From contig JAMCWJ010000094.1 of NCBI GenBank assembly GCA_023475105.1, positions 20,724-84,723 of the forward strand: a stretch of DNA of 64,000 nt, read 5' to 3'. Source of the stretch: Nitrospirota bacterium. GTDB lineage: Bacteria; Nitrospirota; Thermodesulfovibrionia; Thermodesulfovibrionales; UBA9159. Positions within the stretch are counted from its first letter, which is position 1, and each line of letters begins with the position of its first letter. Positions 47,092 through 57,490 of this stretch are shown piece after piece. Below the pieces are notes generated by a model. The model was not told where the DNA came from. It did not search any database and was given only the letters and a program-made list of their open reading frames with translations. A program made the translations under genes and the position numbers.

Positions 47092-47471
47092 TGTTTGACC
47101 TTGGCATTCAGGAACTCGTCGTGATCTTTGTCGTGGCCCTCATCGTCTTCGGCCCCAAGAGGCTGCCCGAACTCGGGAAGACCCTGGGAAAAGGGATACT
47201 CGAACTCAAGAAGGCGATGGAGGGCGTAAAAGAACAAATGAGTACGGAATCTGATAGAATAGACATGGAGGCCGAGGGCGCTCCCGTATCAGAAGAGAAG
47301 AAGGACGAGGCAATGCCCGAGGCGCCCGCAACGCACGGACCGGAAGAAGATTTTTACGTGAGTGAAAAAGGGGACGAGAGCGCAACCGGCACGGGCACGG
47401 CAGGGACCGAAAAGACTTCCTCAATGCAAGAAAAAAAACCATCTGAAGAGAAGGGGAACCAAGGGAGATGA
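47091..47471 (+). CDS. tatB: Twin-arginine translocase TatA/TatB subunit
   Basis: [34 protein letters not shown]; directly upstream of tatC. Confidence 0.85.
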   Translation: MFDLGIQELVVIFVVALIVFGPKRLPELGKTLGKGILELKKAMEGVKEQMSTESDRIDMEAEGAPVSEEKKDEAMPEAPATHGPEEDFYVSEKGDESATGTGTAGTEKTSSMQEKKPSEEKGNQGR

Positions 47472-48262
47472 CGGATGAGTCCAAGATGCCTTTTACGGGA
47501 CATCTCAGTGAGCTCAGGAAAAGGATTGTCGTCTCTCTGATAGCCCTTCTGATCACTTTTATCGTCGCCTTCAGCTATTCCGAAAACATTTTCGAACTGC
47601 TCACGCTCCCCCTCAGGTCGGAGGTGAGTTTCAGCCTGCATAACCCGTATATCTCGTTTGTTCCATCCAAGATCAAGAACCCCTCGCTCGTGTTCCTTGC
47701 TCCGGCAGAGGCCTTCTGGATGCACCTCAAGGTTTCCTTTGTGGCAGGGCTGCTTCTGTCCCTGCCGGTAATACTTCATCAGTTCTGGAAGTTCATATCG
47801 CCGGGACTGCTTCCCAGAGAAAGAAAATACATCGCGCCCTTTGTCGTGAGCGCCACTTCTCTTTTTCTGGTCGGGGCGGCCTTCTGTTTTCTCTTTGTCC
47901 TTCCCTTTGCAATGGGGTTTCTCCTTACCTATAAGACGGCTTCCATGACCCCGATGCTTTCCGTAGGCAATTATGTCGATTTTTGTCTGAAATTCATCCT
48001 CGCCTTCGGCGCCGTTTTCGAACTCCCGATCATCATCGTCCTTCTGACCCGCATGGGCATAGTCACGCCGAAAACGCTTGCGAAGAACAGAAAATATGCG
48101 GTCCTGCTTGCCTTCGTCGTCGCTGCCATACTCACCCCGACCCCTGATGCCTTCAATCAAACGCTCATGGCGGTCCCGATACTCGTTCTCTACGAGGCGG
48201 GCATAATCGTATCGAGATTCTTTGTGCGAAAGAGAACGGAAAGTGCCGAACGTCAGGGGTAA
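47468..48262 (+). CDS. tatC: Twin-arginine translocase subunit TatC
   Basis: [32 protein letters not shown]. Confidence 0.96.
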   Translation: MTDESKMPFTGHLSELRKRIVVSLIALLITFIVAFSYSENIFELLTLPLRSEVSFSLHNPYISFVPSKIKNPSLVFLAPAEAFWMHLKVSFVAGLLLSLPVILHQFWKFISPGLLPRERKYIAPFVVSATSLFLVGAAFCFLFVLPFAMGFLLTYKTASMTPMLSVGNYVDFCLKFILAFGAVFELPIIIVLLTRMGIVTPKTLAKNRKYAVLLAFVVAAILTPTPDAFNQTLMAVPILVLYEAGIIVSRFFVRKRTESAERQG

Positions 48263-48521
48263 AGGCCTCAAGACCATAGCCCGGGACGTGGCCGAAGGCT
48301 ATACCGTCGTCAATCCCCTCTTCCTGAAGCCCTTTGACGGAGAAACGCTGAAGGCGCTCTACATGGAAGTGATGAAGGCCCAGGCGGAGATCAGGGGGGA
48401 GAAGTTTCCCTACAGCGATGTGCAGGCCATCAGAGGGAGAAACCTAAAGCTCCAGAGGCTCCATATCTCCGCGATGATCATCAAGACATATGCGAGAGAC
48501 AAGCGCATTCCTCTTATTTGA
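48243..48521 (+). CDS. Hypothetical protein
   Basis: ORF filling the tatC-HEAT gap with host-like codon usage (DVAEGYTVVNPLFLKPF). Confidence 0.6.
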   Translation: MPNVRGKGLKTIARDVAEGYTVVNPLFLKPFDGETLKALYMEVMKAQAEIRGEKFPYSDVQAIRGRNLKLQRLHISAMIIKTYARDKRIPLI

Positions 48522-48551
48522 CACATGTAGCGATCTGTGTTATTTTTGGAC

Positions 48552-50195
48552 ATGGAAATTTCCGACGATATAAGGATTGCAAAAGACGTTGTCCAGGCCC
48601 TGCTGAAGGCGAAAAAGACCATCAGGATGTACCCGGAAAACAACCCCATCTACAAAAAGACCATAGAGGATACGTTTTCGAAGTTCAGCGATCTCTTCAT
48701 ATACAGAGACGCTTTCCCGCTGAAGATAAAGCAAAACGACCTTCTTTTCGACTCTGAACAGGTCTATCACAATTCCGAAAAAGAGGATAACCTTGCTCTC
48801 TTTTTTTTCAAGGACGGGTTGCGTGAACTGACGTTCAAAAGAGGTCTTCTCCCTGCCGAACTTGAAGAGTTCTTGAAAATCATCGCCCTCGATTTCGACA
48901 GGGAGGCCGTCGACGACGACATCGTCACCCTCCTCTGGGAGAAGGATTTCCAGAACATCCGGTATGTCGCCGACGACGCCTTTCTCATGGAGGATGAAGA
49001 CTATGAAGCAGAGGCCGTCAAAGAAATAAGGGGAAAAGCTCCCGAGACGGACGAGGTCCTCAAGGCATATGCCTCCGCATTTGAAGGCGAAGATGTAGCA
49101 GACATTTCTATTGTGAACCTCACCGACAAGGACCTGCAGTTGCTCGTCAAGGAAATGGAGAAAGATCTCGAGGATAAGACAGGAAAGATTTACGACATAC
49201 TCTTCGAGATGCTCTTCCAGGCCGAGAGTCTTCCCGAGTACGAGGATATCTATCACCTCCTCAAAGAGGTATTCTCTTACTGCATCCAGCGCAGGGACCT
49301 CAGACTGGTCGTGCAGGTACTGAAGAAGACAAGGGAAACAGCTGAGAGCCCTTCCCTGTCCGAGGCCGCGAGACGCCAGATGAACGGCCTCCTGTCCATG
49401 ATAAATTCGCCGGAATCCGTCAAGAGCGCGGGGGCGATATTCGATTCCGAGGCGAATGTCGAAGAGACGGTCCTTGCGGAATACCTGGAGTTTCTCGACA
49501 GGACCGCCATCCCTCCCTTTATGACCCTTCTCGGCGAGATGGAAGGCATACACGGAAGAAAGATTATCATCAATATCCTGATCTATCTCGGAAAGATGGA
49601 CCTTCAGACCATCGCGAAGGGTCTGCAGGACCACCGCTGGTACGTCGTAAGGAATATCATTTATATCCTCCGTCACATAGGGGACAAGAAAGCCGTCGAG
49701 TACCTTCTGAACACGGCGCGACACACCGACGAACGGGTGAGGAAGGAAGCGATCAGGGCCCTCGGAGAGCTCAAGAGCCCCCTCGGGCTGCAGACCTTGA
49801 GGGATTGCCTGAACGACAGCGAGCTCTCCATCAGAAAGTCCGCGGTGAGGGCGCTCGGCAGCATCGCCTCGGAGACGGCCAAGAGGATCATCCTCGAAAA
49901 GATCTCCGGCAACGACTTCAGGGACAGGGATTTCGACGAAAAGAAAGACTTCTACGAGGTGCTTGCCCACTGGAACGACAGCGAGACGACGGATTTCATG
50001 GTGAGAACCCTCAAGAAGAAGGCCCTGTTCAAAAGGGCGAAGATTGACGAGGGCAGGGCCTGCGCCGCTTACTGCCTCGGCTTGATGGGCAGCAAAGATT
50101 CCCTTCCCTACCTCTACAAGCTGCATGGAACGAAGAACAGGCTGCTGAGAGAATATGTCGGAGCCGCCATCAAGAGGATAGAACATGGCAGATAG
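48552..50195 (+). CDS. HEAT repeat domain protein
   Basis: MYPENNP N-domain; repeats WYVVRNII.IL, ERVRKEAIRALG, IRKSAVRALG. Confidence 0.85.
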   Translation: MEISDDIRIAKDVVQALLKAKKTIRMYPENNPIYKKTIEDTFSKFSDLFIYRDAFPLKIKQNDLLFDSEQVYHNSEKEDNLALFFFKDGLRELTFKRGLLPAELEEFLKIIALDFDREAVDDDIVTLLWEKDFQNIRYVADDAFLMEDEDYEAEAVKEIRGKAPETDEVLKAYASAFEGEDVADISIVNLTDKDLQLLVKEMEKDLEDKTGKIYDILFEMLFQAESLPEYEDIYHLLKEVFSYCIQRRDLRLVVQVLKKTRETAESPSLSEAARRQMNGLLSMINSPESVKSAGAIFDSEANVEETVLAEYLEFLDRTAIPPFMTLLGEMEGIHGRKIIINILIYLGKMDLQTIAKGLQDHRWYVVRNIIYILRHIGDKKAVEYLLNTARHTDERVRKEAIRALGELKSPLGLQTLRDCLNDSELSIRKSAVRALGSIASETAKRIILEKISGNDFRDRDFDEKKDFYEVLAHWNDSETTDFMVRTLKKKALFKRAKIDEGRACAAYCLGLMGSKDSLPYLYKLHGTKNRLLREYVGAAIKRIEHGR

Positions 50196-51588
50196 GGAAG
50201 ACCTGGAAATCGCGAGAAACGCGAAGGACATCATCAACCAGATCGCTGTCGTGATCAGGACGGCCCACATCCATGACGCCGGCAACATCGCGGTCCTTAC
50301 GGGAATTGAAAGGCTTCTCTCTCTCGTAAATCCCCTCGTGGACGGAGACGGCACTCTGACTCTCGAAGTGGTCGGAGAGTTCTTTTACATGAATGAGTCG
50401 AGAGTGAGGTACTCGATGGAGTACCTCCTCAACTTCGACTTTCTCATCAGGGAGTTTAAGAGGCGCGACCTGGGCAGCATCACGATCCATAGCCCGATAA
50501 CCTCCGAAGACATCCAGGTCTTTGTGAAGGCCTTTCTGAACTCCTCGTTCTCCGACACGCCCTTCAATGCCCTTTCAGAAGGCACAGCAGGCGTGAATTC
50601 CCTCAGTGTCGGTCCGCTCAAGAAGATCGTCGAAGAAGGCGAGTTCGATATCAGGAAACTGGTCAAGCGGACCTATTTCAACGCCGTTTCCTACACAAAG
50701 GGAGTAATCACCAAGATCAAATCGGGCGAGAGGGTCAACATAAAGAAAGCAAAAAGAGTTGTGGAATCGATGGTGGACATGATCCTCGAAGAAGAGGAGC
50801 TCCTTGTAGGCATGACTGCGATAAAGGATTACGATGAGTATACGTATCACCATTCCGTGAACGTGAGCATCCTCTCGGTCGCCCTCGGGCAGCGGCTCGG
50901 GCTCAGCAGGAAGGCGCTGACCGACCTCGGCCTCGTCGCGCTTTTTCACGACATCGGCAAGATGGAAGTCCCTGCGGAGATACTCAATAAACCGACAAAT
51001 TTCAGTGAAGACGAATGGAAGATCATCAAGAAGCATCCCTTCTGGGGAGTAAGGGCGATATTGAAGCTCAAAGGTCTTGACGCCACATCGGTCAGGACCG
51101 CAATCGTCGCCTTCGAACATCACCTCAATTACGACATGTCCGGATACCCGAAGGTCTCGAGACATTTCGACCTCGATTTTTACTCAAAGATCGTGAGCCT
51201 CGCCGACCAGTACGATGCTATGACGTCCTCAAGGGTCTATTCGAGGGTCCCGATGGCCCCCGACAAGGCCCTGAGCATCATGATGGAACGGGCGGGCACA
51301 CAGCTCGACCCCCTTCTGTTCAAGTTCTTCATTAATATGATAGGGGTCTTCCCCATCGGAACTCTCGTCCTCCTCGATACCAAAGAACTCGGCCTTGTTT
51401 ACGGGGGCAATACGATGTTTCAGGACAGACCGCGGGTCCTGATCATTATTGATCACGGCGGCAACAGGGTCAAGGGCCATGTGGTCGATCTCACCGAGAA
51501 AGGCCGGGGCGGCAGACATCTCAGGACGATCGTAAAGACGATGGATCCGAACAAATACCGGATCAATCTCGCCGAGTATATGCTGTGA
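50185..51588 (+). CDS. HD-GYP domain phosphodiesterase
   Basis: YTYHHSVNV, FHDIGK, HP..G, EHH...SGYP, ADQYDAMTS.RVY. Confidence 0.9.
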   Translation: MADREDLEIARNAKDIINQIAVVIRTAHIHDAGNIAVLTGIERLLSLVNPLVDGDGTLTLEVVGEFFYMNESRVRYSMEYLLNFDFLIREFKRRDLGSITIHSPITSEDIQVFVKAFLNSSFSDTPFNALSEGTAGVNSLSVGPLKKIVEEGEFDIRKLVKRTYFNAVSYTKGVITKIKSGERVNIKKAKRVVESMVDMILEEEELLVGMTAIKDYDEYTYHHSVNVSILSVALGQRLGLSRKALTDLGLVALFHDIGKMEVPAEILNKPTNFSEDEWKIIKKHPFWGVRAILKLKGLDATSVRTAIVAFEHHLNYDMSGYPKVSRHFDLDFYSKIVSLADQYDAMTSSRVYSRVPMAPDKALSIMMERAGTQLDPLLFKFFINMIGVFPIGTLVLLDTKELGLVYGGNTMFQDRPRVLIIIDHGGNRVKGHVVDLTEKGRGGRHLRTIVKTMDPNKYRINLAEYML

Positions 51589-51702
51589 CCGGCGAAACCG
51601 TCCGCCCGCGTCCCCTCATCCCTCCGGTATTCCGTTAGGGCATCGCCGCACCGGCGTCGAGCCGCCTTACAGGTCGAAGACCCTTTCATGGTACAATGCT
51701 CC

Positions 51703-53613
51703 ATGGATTTTTTCGATGTCGTTTTTCCGCTGAACATCGGCCCTCTCACCTACTGCCGTTCCTCCGATCAGGGGCAGCTTTCTCCCGGGATGATCGTAAG
51801 GGCGGAGGTGAAGAAAAGCGTCCGCCACGGGATCGTCCTCGGAAAAGCGGTCCATCCTCCCGAAGGACATATCAAGAAAATTACCGAGGCGATGTCCGGG
51901 GAGGTTCGGGTGAGCGGGTCGTTCCTGAGGCTCCTGAAGTGGATGGCCGAATATTACCTGGTCCCCGAAGGGGCGGTCCTCAAAAGTGCGGCCCTGATGG
52001 AATATCTTCGCCCCGCAAAACCGGGAAACACCCGCACAAAGCGTCCGGGGAGCCCGGGACCCGCACGCGAAGCCCTTCAGCTGCCTGCGGTCTCTCATCG
52101 TGCCCTTGCTCCGGTCTGCGATTCGCTTTCACGGCGTGAATACGGAACCTACCTGCTTCATGCGCCGTCGCTCTCTTTCGAGATTTCAGCCCTGCTGACC
52201 GTTATGGACGGGTTGAGGAATATCGTCATCCTCGTTCCCGAAATCGCCCAGATCGGGCTTCTCTCGCAGGCCCTGGGCGACTCTTGCGGCAGCAGACTCG
52301 CGATCCTCCACGGCCGCCTTTCGAAAAGGGAGCGGAGAAATGTGCTCGCCCGAATCCTTTCCGGAGAGTCCGACATTGTTCTCGGCTCAAGAATCGCCGC
52401 CACCGCCCCCTTGCCTACCGTCGCGCTCTTCGCGGTCCTTCAGGAACAGAATGATTCCTATAAGAACCTCGAAGGTGTCCGCTACCATGCGAGGGACGTG
52501 GCAGTCATGCGCGGCTATCTCGAAAAGTCCACGGTTCTCCTGTCTTCGACGTGCCCCTCTGTCGAATCCTTCTTCAACGCCGAAAAGGGCAAATACCACC
52601 TCATCACCGCCGCGGAAGAAGCGGCCCGGCCCAGGGTCGAGGTGGTCAACATGAAGACATCGGGAAAGGCGACGCCTCATCTTTCCCGCAGGGTTCTCCG
52701 GGCTGTGTCCGATGCCATCAAGAAGCAGGAGAGCGTCCTTTTTTTTGTCAACAGAAAAGGCTACTCGCTGATACAGTGCGAGGAATGCGATTACGTGTTC
52801 AGATGTCCCGAGTGCGGCATACCCCTCATATATCACAAGGACAAACACCTCCTCAGGTGCCACTACTGCAACCATTCTTCACGGGCGCCGGAGGCATGCG
52901 GCAAGTGCGGCAGCATACGACTTGAAAGCGTAGGGGCGGGGACGCAGCGCGTCGCTTCCGAGATCGAAAAACATTTCGGCATCGAACCCGTGAGAATCGA
53001 CAAAGACACCCTGCGGGATGAACCGGGACTGAACGCCCTTTCCGGCGGCGCGCACGGCGAAGAGGTGATTGTCGGAACAAAAGCGCTCTCAGGAAGGCTC
53101 CTCCGCGCAGAAGGCCACAGTCTCTGCGTCTTTCTGAACCCTGATATCAGCCTCCACGTGCCTGACTTCAGGTCCTCGGAGCTCCTTTTCCGGGAGATCA
53201 TCGGCATGTCGGAGCATCTGAGGCCGGAAGGTCTCATCATCATTCAGACGAAGATGCCCGAAAGCTACGTCTTCCGGTGCGCGCGAGGATACCGGTTCAG
53301 GGAATTCTTCCTGGAGGAGCTCTCGATGAGGAGATCCCTCGCCTACCCGCCTTTGTCCCGCATGATCGTGATCACGCTGTCGGCAAGCCATGACTCGGGG
53401 AAGACCTTCGTGGATGCCTTTCCGCGCACGGACGAAAAGATCGAGATCATGGGGCCTCTGCCTCTGCACAGAAAGGGAATTTACACGTGGAAGTTCGTAC
53501 TGAAGTCCGCGTCAAAGACGCGCCTCACCCAGTATGCAAGAACCGTCCTCGAAGCCCTCAGGAAGGAAACGAAGGTCCGCGTCGCGGTCGAGGTGGACCC
53601 TATAGCAATTTAG
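51703..53613 (+). CDS. priA: Primosomal protein N' (PriA), helicase motifs degenerate
   Basis: N-terminal 3'-DNA-binding domain, RYHARDVAV.RG, NRKGY, four CxxC pairs, GAGTQR, PDFRSSE, YPP, VEVDP. Confidence 0.88.
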   Translation: MDFFDVVFPLNIGPLTYCRSSDQGQLSPGMIVRAEVKKSVRHGIVLGKAVHPPEGHIKKITEAMSGEVRVSGSFLRLLKWMAEYYLVPEGAVLKSAALMEYLRPAKPGNTRTKRPGSPGPAREALQLPAVSHRALAPVCDSLSRREYGTYLLHAPSLSFEISALLTVMDGLRNIVILVPEIAQIGLLSQALGDSCGSRLAILHGRLSKRERRNVLARILSGESDIVLGSRIAATAPLPTVALFAVLQEQNDSYKNLEGVRYHARDVAVMRGYLEKSTVLLSSTCPSVESFFNAEKGKYHLITAAEEAARPRVEVVNMKTSGKATPHLSRRVLRAVSDAIKKQESVLFFVNRKGYSLIQCEECDYVFRCPECGIPLIYHKDKHLLRCHYCNHSSRAPEACGKCGSIRLESVGAGTQRVASEIEKHFGIEPVRIDKDTLRDEPGLNALSGGAHGEEVIVGTKALSGRLLRAEGHSLCVFLNPDISLHVPDFRSSELLFREIIGMSEHLRPEGLIIIQTKMPESYVFRCARGYRFREFFLEELSMRRSLAYPPLSRMIVITLSASHDSGKTFVDAFPRTDEKIEIMGPLPLHRKGIYTWKFVLKSASKTRLTQYARTVLEALRKETKVRVAVEVDPIAI

Positions 53614-54547
53614 GGTATCTCTTCGTCCTCAGGATCTCCCTCGCGCGCCCGATATCCCGCAGGATGTTCTCACGGAGGGTCGCGATGTCCGGGAATGTCT
53701 TCTCGTCTCTGATGCGATCTATAAAATATATCTTGAGCTCTTTCCCGAGAATGGTTTCGGAAAAATCGAATATGTGGACTTCATAATTCATGCGTGTCTC
53801 GTGGAACGTCGGGTTCCTGCCTATATTGGCCGCTCCGTCAAATATTCTTCCCTCAAGCCCGACCTTCACGGCGTAGACCCCCTCTTTCGGCACCAGTTCA
53901 TTCTCCGTATCCAGATTGGCAGTAGGAACATTCAGGACCTTCCCTCCTCTCCCGGCACCCGTCACCACCCTGCCCTCTATCCTGTAAGGTCTGCCCAAAA
54001 GCCACGAGGCCTCGCAGACGCGCCCCCGGCTCAGCAGGCTCCTCACCCTGCTGCTGCTCACGACCTCTCCGTAAAGCCTTGCGCTCCTTACCACTTTGAA
54101 GGAAAACCCGTATCTCGCGGCCCGCCGCCTTAGGAGGCCCGTGGTCCCCTTCTTCCCTTTGCCGAAGGCATAGTTGTGCCCGACGATCACCTCTTTCGCT
54201 CCGATCCTTCCGACAATTACGTCGCGGATGAAATCATCAGGCCTTGTGTTCGAGAAATCCCTGTCGAACCTTATCGAGAGGACTGCGTCCATGCCGTACA
54301 GTTCCATAAGCCGCGCCTTTTCCCGAAAGGGTGTAAGGACCCTCACCCCGCGCTCCGGAGCAACGACTTTGAGCGGATGGGGTTCAAAGGTCATCGCCAC
54401 GGCGGTCCCGCCGAGAGCCCCTGCCCTCTCGGCGACTTTCCTGAAGATCTTCTGATGCCCGACGTGGACGCCGTCGAAGTTCCCTATCGTCAGCACCACG
54501 TTCCTGTATCGTTCCTTCATGTTTTCAATCCCGTGTATGATCACCAT
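53600..54547 (-). CDS. ribF: Bifunctional riboflavin kinase/FAD synthetase
   Basis: IGNFDGVHVGHQ, TFEPHP, SSSRVR, PTAN, GVYA, PTF, EVHIFDF. Confidence 0.96.
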   Translation of the reverse strand: MVIIHGIENMKERYRNVVLTIGNFDGVHVGHQKIFRKVAERAGALGGTAVAMTFEPHPLKVVAPERGVRVLTPFREKARLMELYGMDAVLSIRFDRDFSNTRPDDFIRDVIVGRIGAKEVIVGHNYAFGKGKKGTTGLLRRRAARYGFSFKVVRSARLYGEVVSSSRVRSLLSRGRVCEASWLLGRPYRIEGRVVTGAGRGGKVLNVPTANLDTENELVPKEGVYAVKVGLEGRIFDGAANIGRNPTFHETRMNYEVHIFDFSETILGKELKIYFIDRIRDEKTFPDIATLRENILRDIGRAREILRTKRYPKLL

Positions 54548-54554
54548 CTGCGAA

Positions 54555-55157
54555 TCACTCCACCTCTTTCAAAAGCGTGATATATATCTCCTCCACCTGT
54601 CTCTCGGTCTCCTCAGGGCTTCCCGCGTTGTCGATCGCGAAGTCGGACAATGCGATCTTTTCCGCGATCGGCATCTGGGCTTCCAGTCGTCTCAGGACGT
54701 CTTCCTTGGTTATGCCTTTTGCCTGCAGCCTCCGGAGGACCGTGTCCTTGTCAGTGTGCACCGTAATCCTTTTCCGGAATCTCCTCTCATACCGTTTCTC
54801 GAACAACAAGGGGATTTCGACCACAGCAACCTTATGCGGCTCCCCCTCCCCGGCCTCTCCGGACAGAACATGTTCAATTCTCACGAACACCAGGGGATGG
54901 AGAATTCCTTCGAGGACTTCTCTGCTTTCCCGGTTCGAAAAGACAAGGGCCGCAACCTTCTCCCTGTCGAGACGGCCATCCTCCGAAAATACCTCGCTTC
55001 CCAAGGCCTTCCTGATGCTGTCGAGGACGTCCGGTTCAAGGAGCAGGCCGCTCACAATCGTATCGGCATCGATCGTGACCGCACCCAGTTTGCCGAACAT
55101 ACCGAGCACCGTACTCTTTCCCATCCCGTAATTTCCCGTGAGACCGACAACAAGCAC
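54555..55157 (-). CDS. coaE: Dephospho-CoA kinase
   Basis: VGLTGNYGMGKST, IDAD, LEGILHPLV, EIPLLFE, QMP. Confidence 0.94.
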   Translation of the reverse strand: MLVVGLTGNYGMGKSTVLGMFGKLGAVTIDADTIVSGLLLEPDVLDSIRKALGSEVFSEDGRLDREKVAALVFSNRESREVLEGILHPLVFVRIEHVLSGEAGEGEPHKVAVVEIPLLFEKRYERRFRKRITVHTDKDTVLRRLQAKGITKEDVLRRLEAQMPIAEKIALSDFAIDNAGSPEETERQVEEIYITLLKEVE

Positions 55158-55279
55158 CAAGTATTATACCTCATGGGGTCTGAAAGTACGGAAAAAGAGT
55201 CGCTTTCCAAGCCGGTATTTGACCGTGTAGCGAGAAATCGGTTATAGTAATGGAGCAGTATGCCAGGGAGGTGTTTGCG

Positions 55280-55567
55280 ATGCCTATTTATGAGTATCAG
55301 TGCGAATCCTGCGGCAAAAAGCACGAGATCGTGCAGCGATACACCGACATGCCCCTCACGAAATGCCCGGAATGCGGCGGAACGATGAGGAAACTGATTT
55401 CGAGCACGTCCTTCATTCTCAAGGGCACGGGCTGGTACAAGACCGACTATGCTACGACGGGCGGCGGTGGAAAGGCTGATAAGCTTGCGAAAGGCAACGG
55501 CGCGAAACCCGAAAAGAAGCCCGAGAGCAAGCCGCAGCCGAAGCTTGAACCCACTCCCAAGTCATAG
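55280..55567 (+). CDS. FmdB family zinc-ribbon protein
   Basis: [12 protein letters not shown]...CPECGG...[13 protein letters not shown]. Confidence 0.9.
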   Translation: MPIYEYQCESCGKKHEIVQRYTDMPLTKCPECGGTMRKLISSTSFILKGTGWYKTDYATTGGGGKADKLAKGNGAKPEKKPESKPQPKLEPTPKS

Positions 55568-56332
55568 GTGAAGACCGTCCATGTCCATGTCCCTTACTCC
55601 GAGGTGGGGGATTATCTGGACTTTATCAGGGAATACAAGCTTAATTTTGAGTTGTATCTCTCTTCTTCCTCGCTGGACTCCCTTCGGCCGGGCGCTATCG
55701 GGGAATTAAGGGAGAAATTCGACTACAACCCCTCGATTTCTCTTCATGCGCCCTTCATGGACCTCTCTCCCGGTGCGGTTGACACAAAGGTCAGGGCCGT
55801 TACCCTCGAGCGTTTCTCTCACATTATGCAGATCGCGGAGACCCTCTCGCCGCGCGTTATCGTATTTCATTCCGGATACGAGAAATGGAAGTATGCCCAT
55901 AGAGTAGACCTGTGGCTCGAAGGAAGCATCCTCACATGGAAACCTCTCATCAAAAAAGCTGCCGCTCTCGGAATAAGGATCGCCATCGAGAACATCTTCG
56001 AGGACGAACCCTCGAACCTCGAAGCGCTGATGAAGGAACTCCATTCCAGGCATTTCGGGATATGTTTCGATACAGGCCACTGCAATCTTTTCACGAACGT
56101 GTCCCTTGACGACTGGCTCAGGGTCCTCGGGCCCTACCTTTTCGAACTCCATCTCCACGACAACGACGGGAGCTCCGACCAGCACCTCCCGATAGGCGAA
56201 GGCACCTTCGACTTCAGGACCCTGTTCTCTTCCCTTGAAAAGAGGGATTATCTCTGCACGATCGAGGCGCGCACCCCGGAATGCGTGATGAAGAGCATGG
56301 AGAAGCTGGCCGTCTTCCTACAGACTCCCTGA
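55568..56332 (+). CDS. Sugar phosphate isomerase/epimerase (AP endonuclease 2 TIM barrel)
   Basis: LHAPFMDL, IAIEN, CFDTGH, HLHDNDG..DQHL..GEG. Confidence 0.85.
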   Translation: MKTVHVHVPYSEVGDYLDFIREYKLNFELYLSSSSLDSLRPGAIGELREKFDYNPSISLHAPFMDLSPGAVDTKVRAVTLERFSHIMQIAETLSPRVIVFHSGYEKWKYAHRVDLWLEGSILTWKPLIKKAAALGIRIAIENIFEDEPSNLEALMKELHSRHFGICFDTGHCNLFTNVSLDDWLRVLGPYLFELHLHDNDGSSDQHLPIGEGTFDFRTLFSSLEKRDYLCTIEARTPECVMKSMEKLAVFLQTP

Positions 56333-57478
56333 CTGGTTCCTCATAGCAAACCCCCTCAGCCCCGGCTCTCCCTTTCCCTTATACTGAATCATGACCTTGT
56401 GCGATTCCCCCATGCCCTCCGGAAGTATCAGGCCCTTGATCTTTGCGACCTCAAAAGGATCAGGTGCTTCGCCGCAAAGTTCCGTAATGACTTCGTCGAT
56501 GCCGAGGGAGATGAGGTATGTTCCCTGCGAGCAAAAACCGCTCGTCTTCAAGCCGGCCTCTTCCCCCCATGCCTTCAAAGAACTAAAGTCGACATGGGCG
56601 GTCATATCCTGTTCCCCGATATTCCTGTACGGATCTTCATTTACCTGGTGCCGGTAATAGCAGAGGAACGTTCCCCTGTTCCTCTGCTCACCGTAGTAAT
56701 CCCATGCCGGATAGCCGTAATCTATGGTCAGGACAAAGCCCTCCGAAAGTCTCTCGATCACCCCCCCGACCCACTCCCTTATCTTCAGATTCACCTCTGT
56801 CCTGTATCCGGCCGGAAGTGCGATGCCGAGGTCCCTGAAATGACTCCTTACCTCTTCAGCCGCGGCCATCCTGACTTCAGCGAATTCCTCTTCCCTGACA
56901 GAGACATATATCTCCTTCAACTCCCCGTCGCTCTCAATTATTCTCACCGGAAGGGCATCCAGGAGCTCATTCGAGAAGAAGCAGCCCATAACCGGCTCCA
57001 GACCGTGCAGGCTCGAGACCCAGCCGACCTTGCCGCCGAACTCCGAAAGCAGTTCCTGCTGCCTCCTTCTGAGCGCCGGATTCAATTCGATGATCGTGTA
57101 TTTGAGGGATTCAAAAAGGCTTGAACCCTGAACGTAGTGCAGCAGATCTTTCGCCAGATACCCCATGCCCGCGCCCGCCTCGACCGCATCGAACGTTGCC
57201 GGCCTGCCGAGGGCTCCCCACATTTCTCCCAGCTGTCTTCCCAGCATCGCTCCGAAGACGGGATGGAGATGGCTGCCGGTGTAAAAATCCCCTTTCCTGC
57301 CTATCGCTGCCGCATCTCTTGCGTAATAGCCGAGACCGGGATAATAAAGGGCCATCTCCATAAAGGTCTCGAAATTTATCGGACCTTCCGATCTGATTTT
57401 TTCGATGATCTTCTTTTTGAGAGAATTCATTCCTGGGAGGAATTCCCCCGGTCCCGGTTTGTTCCCTGCATCCTGCAT
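56318..57478 (-). CDS. SAM-dependent methyltransferase, MidA/NDUFAF7 family
   Basis: FMEMALY.P..GYY, GDFYT, EAGAG.G, SNELLDALP, IDYG, QDMTAHVDF. Confidence 0.9.
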   Translation of the reverse strand: MQDAGNKPGPGEFLPGMNSLKKKIIEKIRSEGPINFETFMEMALYYPGLGYYARDAAAIGRKGDFYTGSHLHPVFGAMLGRQLGEMWGALGRPATFDAVEAGAGMGYLAKDLLHYVQGSSLFESLKYTIIELNPALRRRQQELLSEFGGKVGWVSSLHGLEPVMGCFFSNELLDALPVRIIESDGELKEIYVSVREEEFAEVRMAAAEEVRSHFRDLGIALPAGYRTEVNLKIREWVGGVIERLSEGFVLTIDYGYPAWDYYGEQRNRGTFLCYYRHQVNEDPYRNIGEQDMTAHVDFSSLKAWGEEAGLKTSGFCSQGTYLISLGIDEVITELCGEAPDPFEVAKIKGLILPEGMGESHKVMIQYKGKGEPGLRGFAMRNQSGSL

Positions 57479-57490
57479 TCGCGTGCGTCG

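Noticed and set aside
47868-47878. TGGTCGGGGCG match to the tRNA-Pro 3' end as a possible att site
   Set aside because: It lies inside tatC coding sequence on the wrong side of the tRNA; an 11-bp chance match.
48540-50354. 604-aa antisense ORF
   Set aside because: Shadow of the HEAT-repeat gene caused by codon bias; no recognisable motifs.
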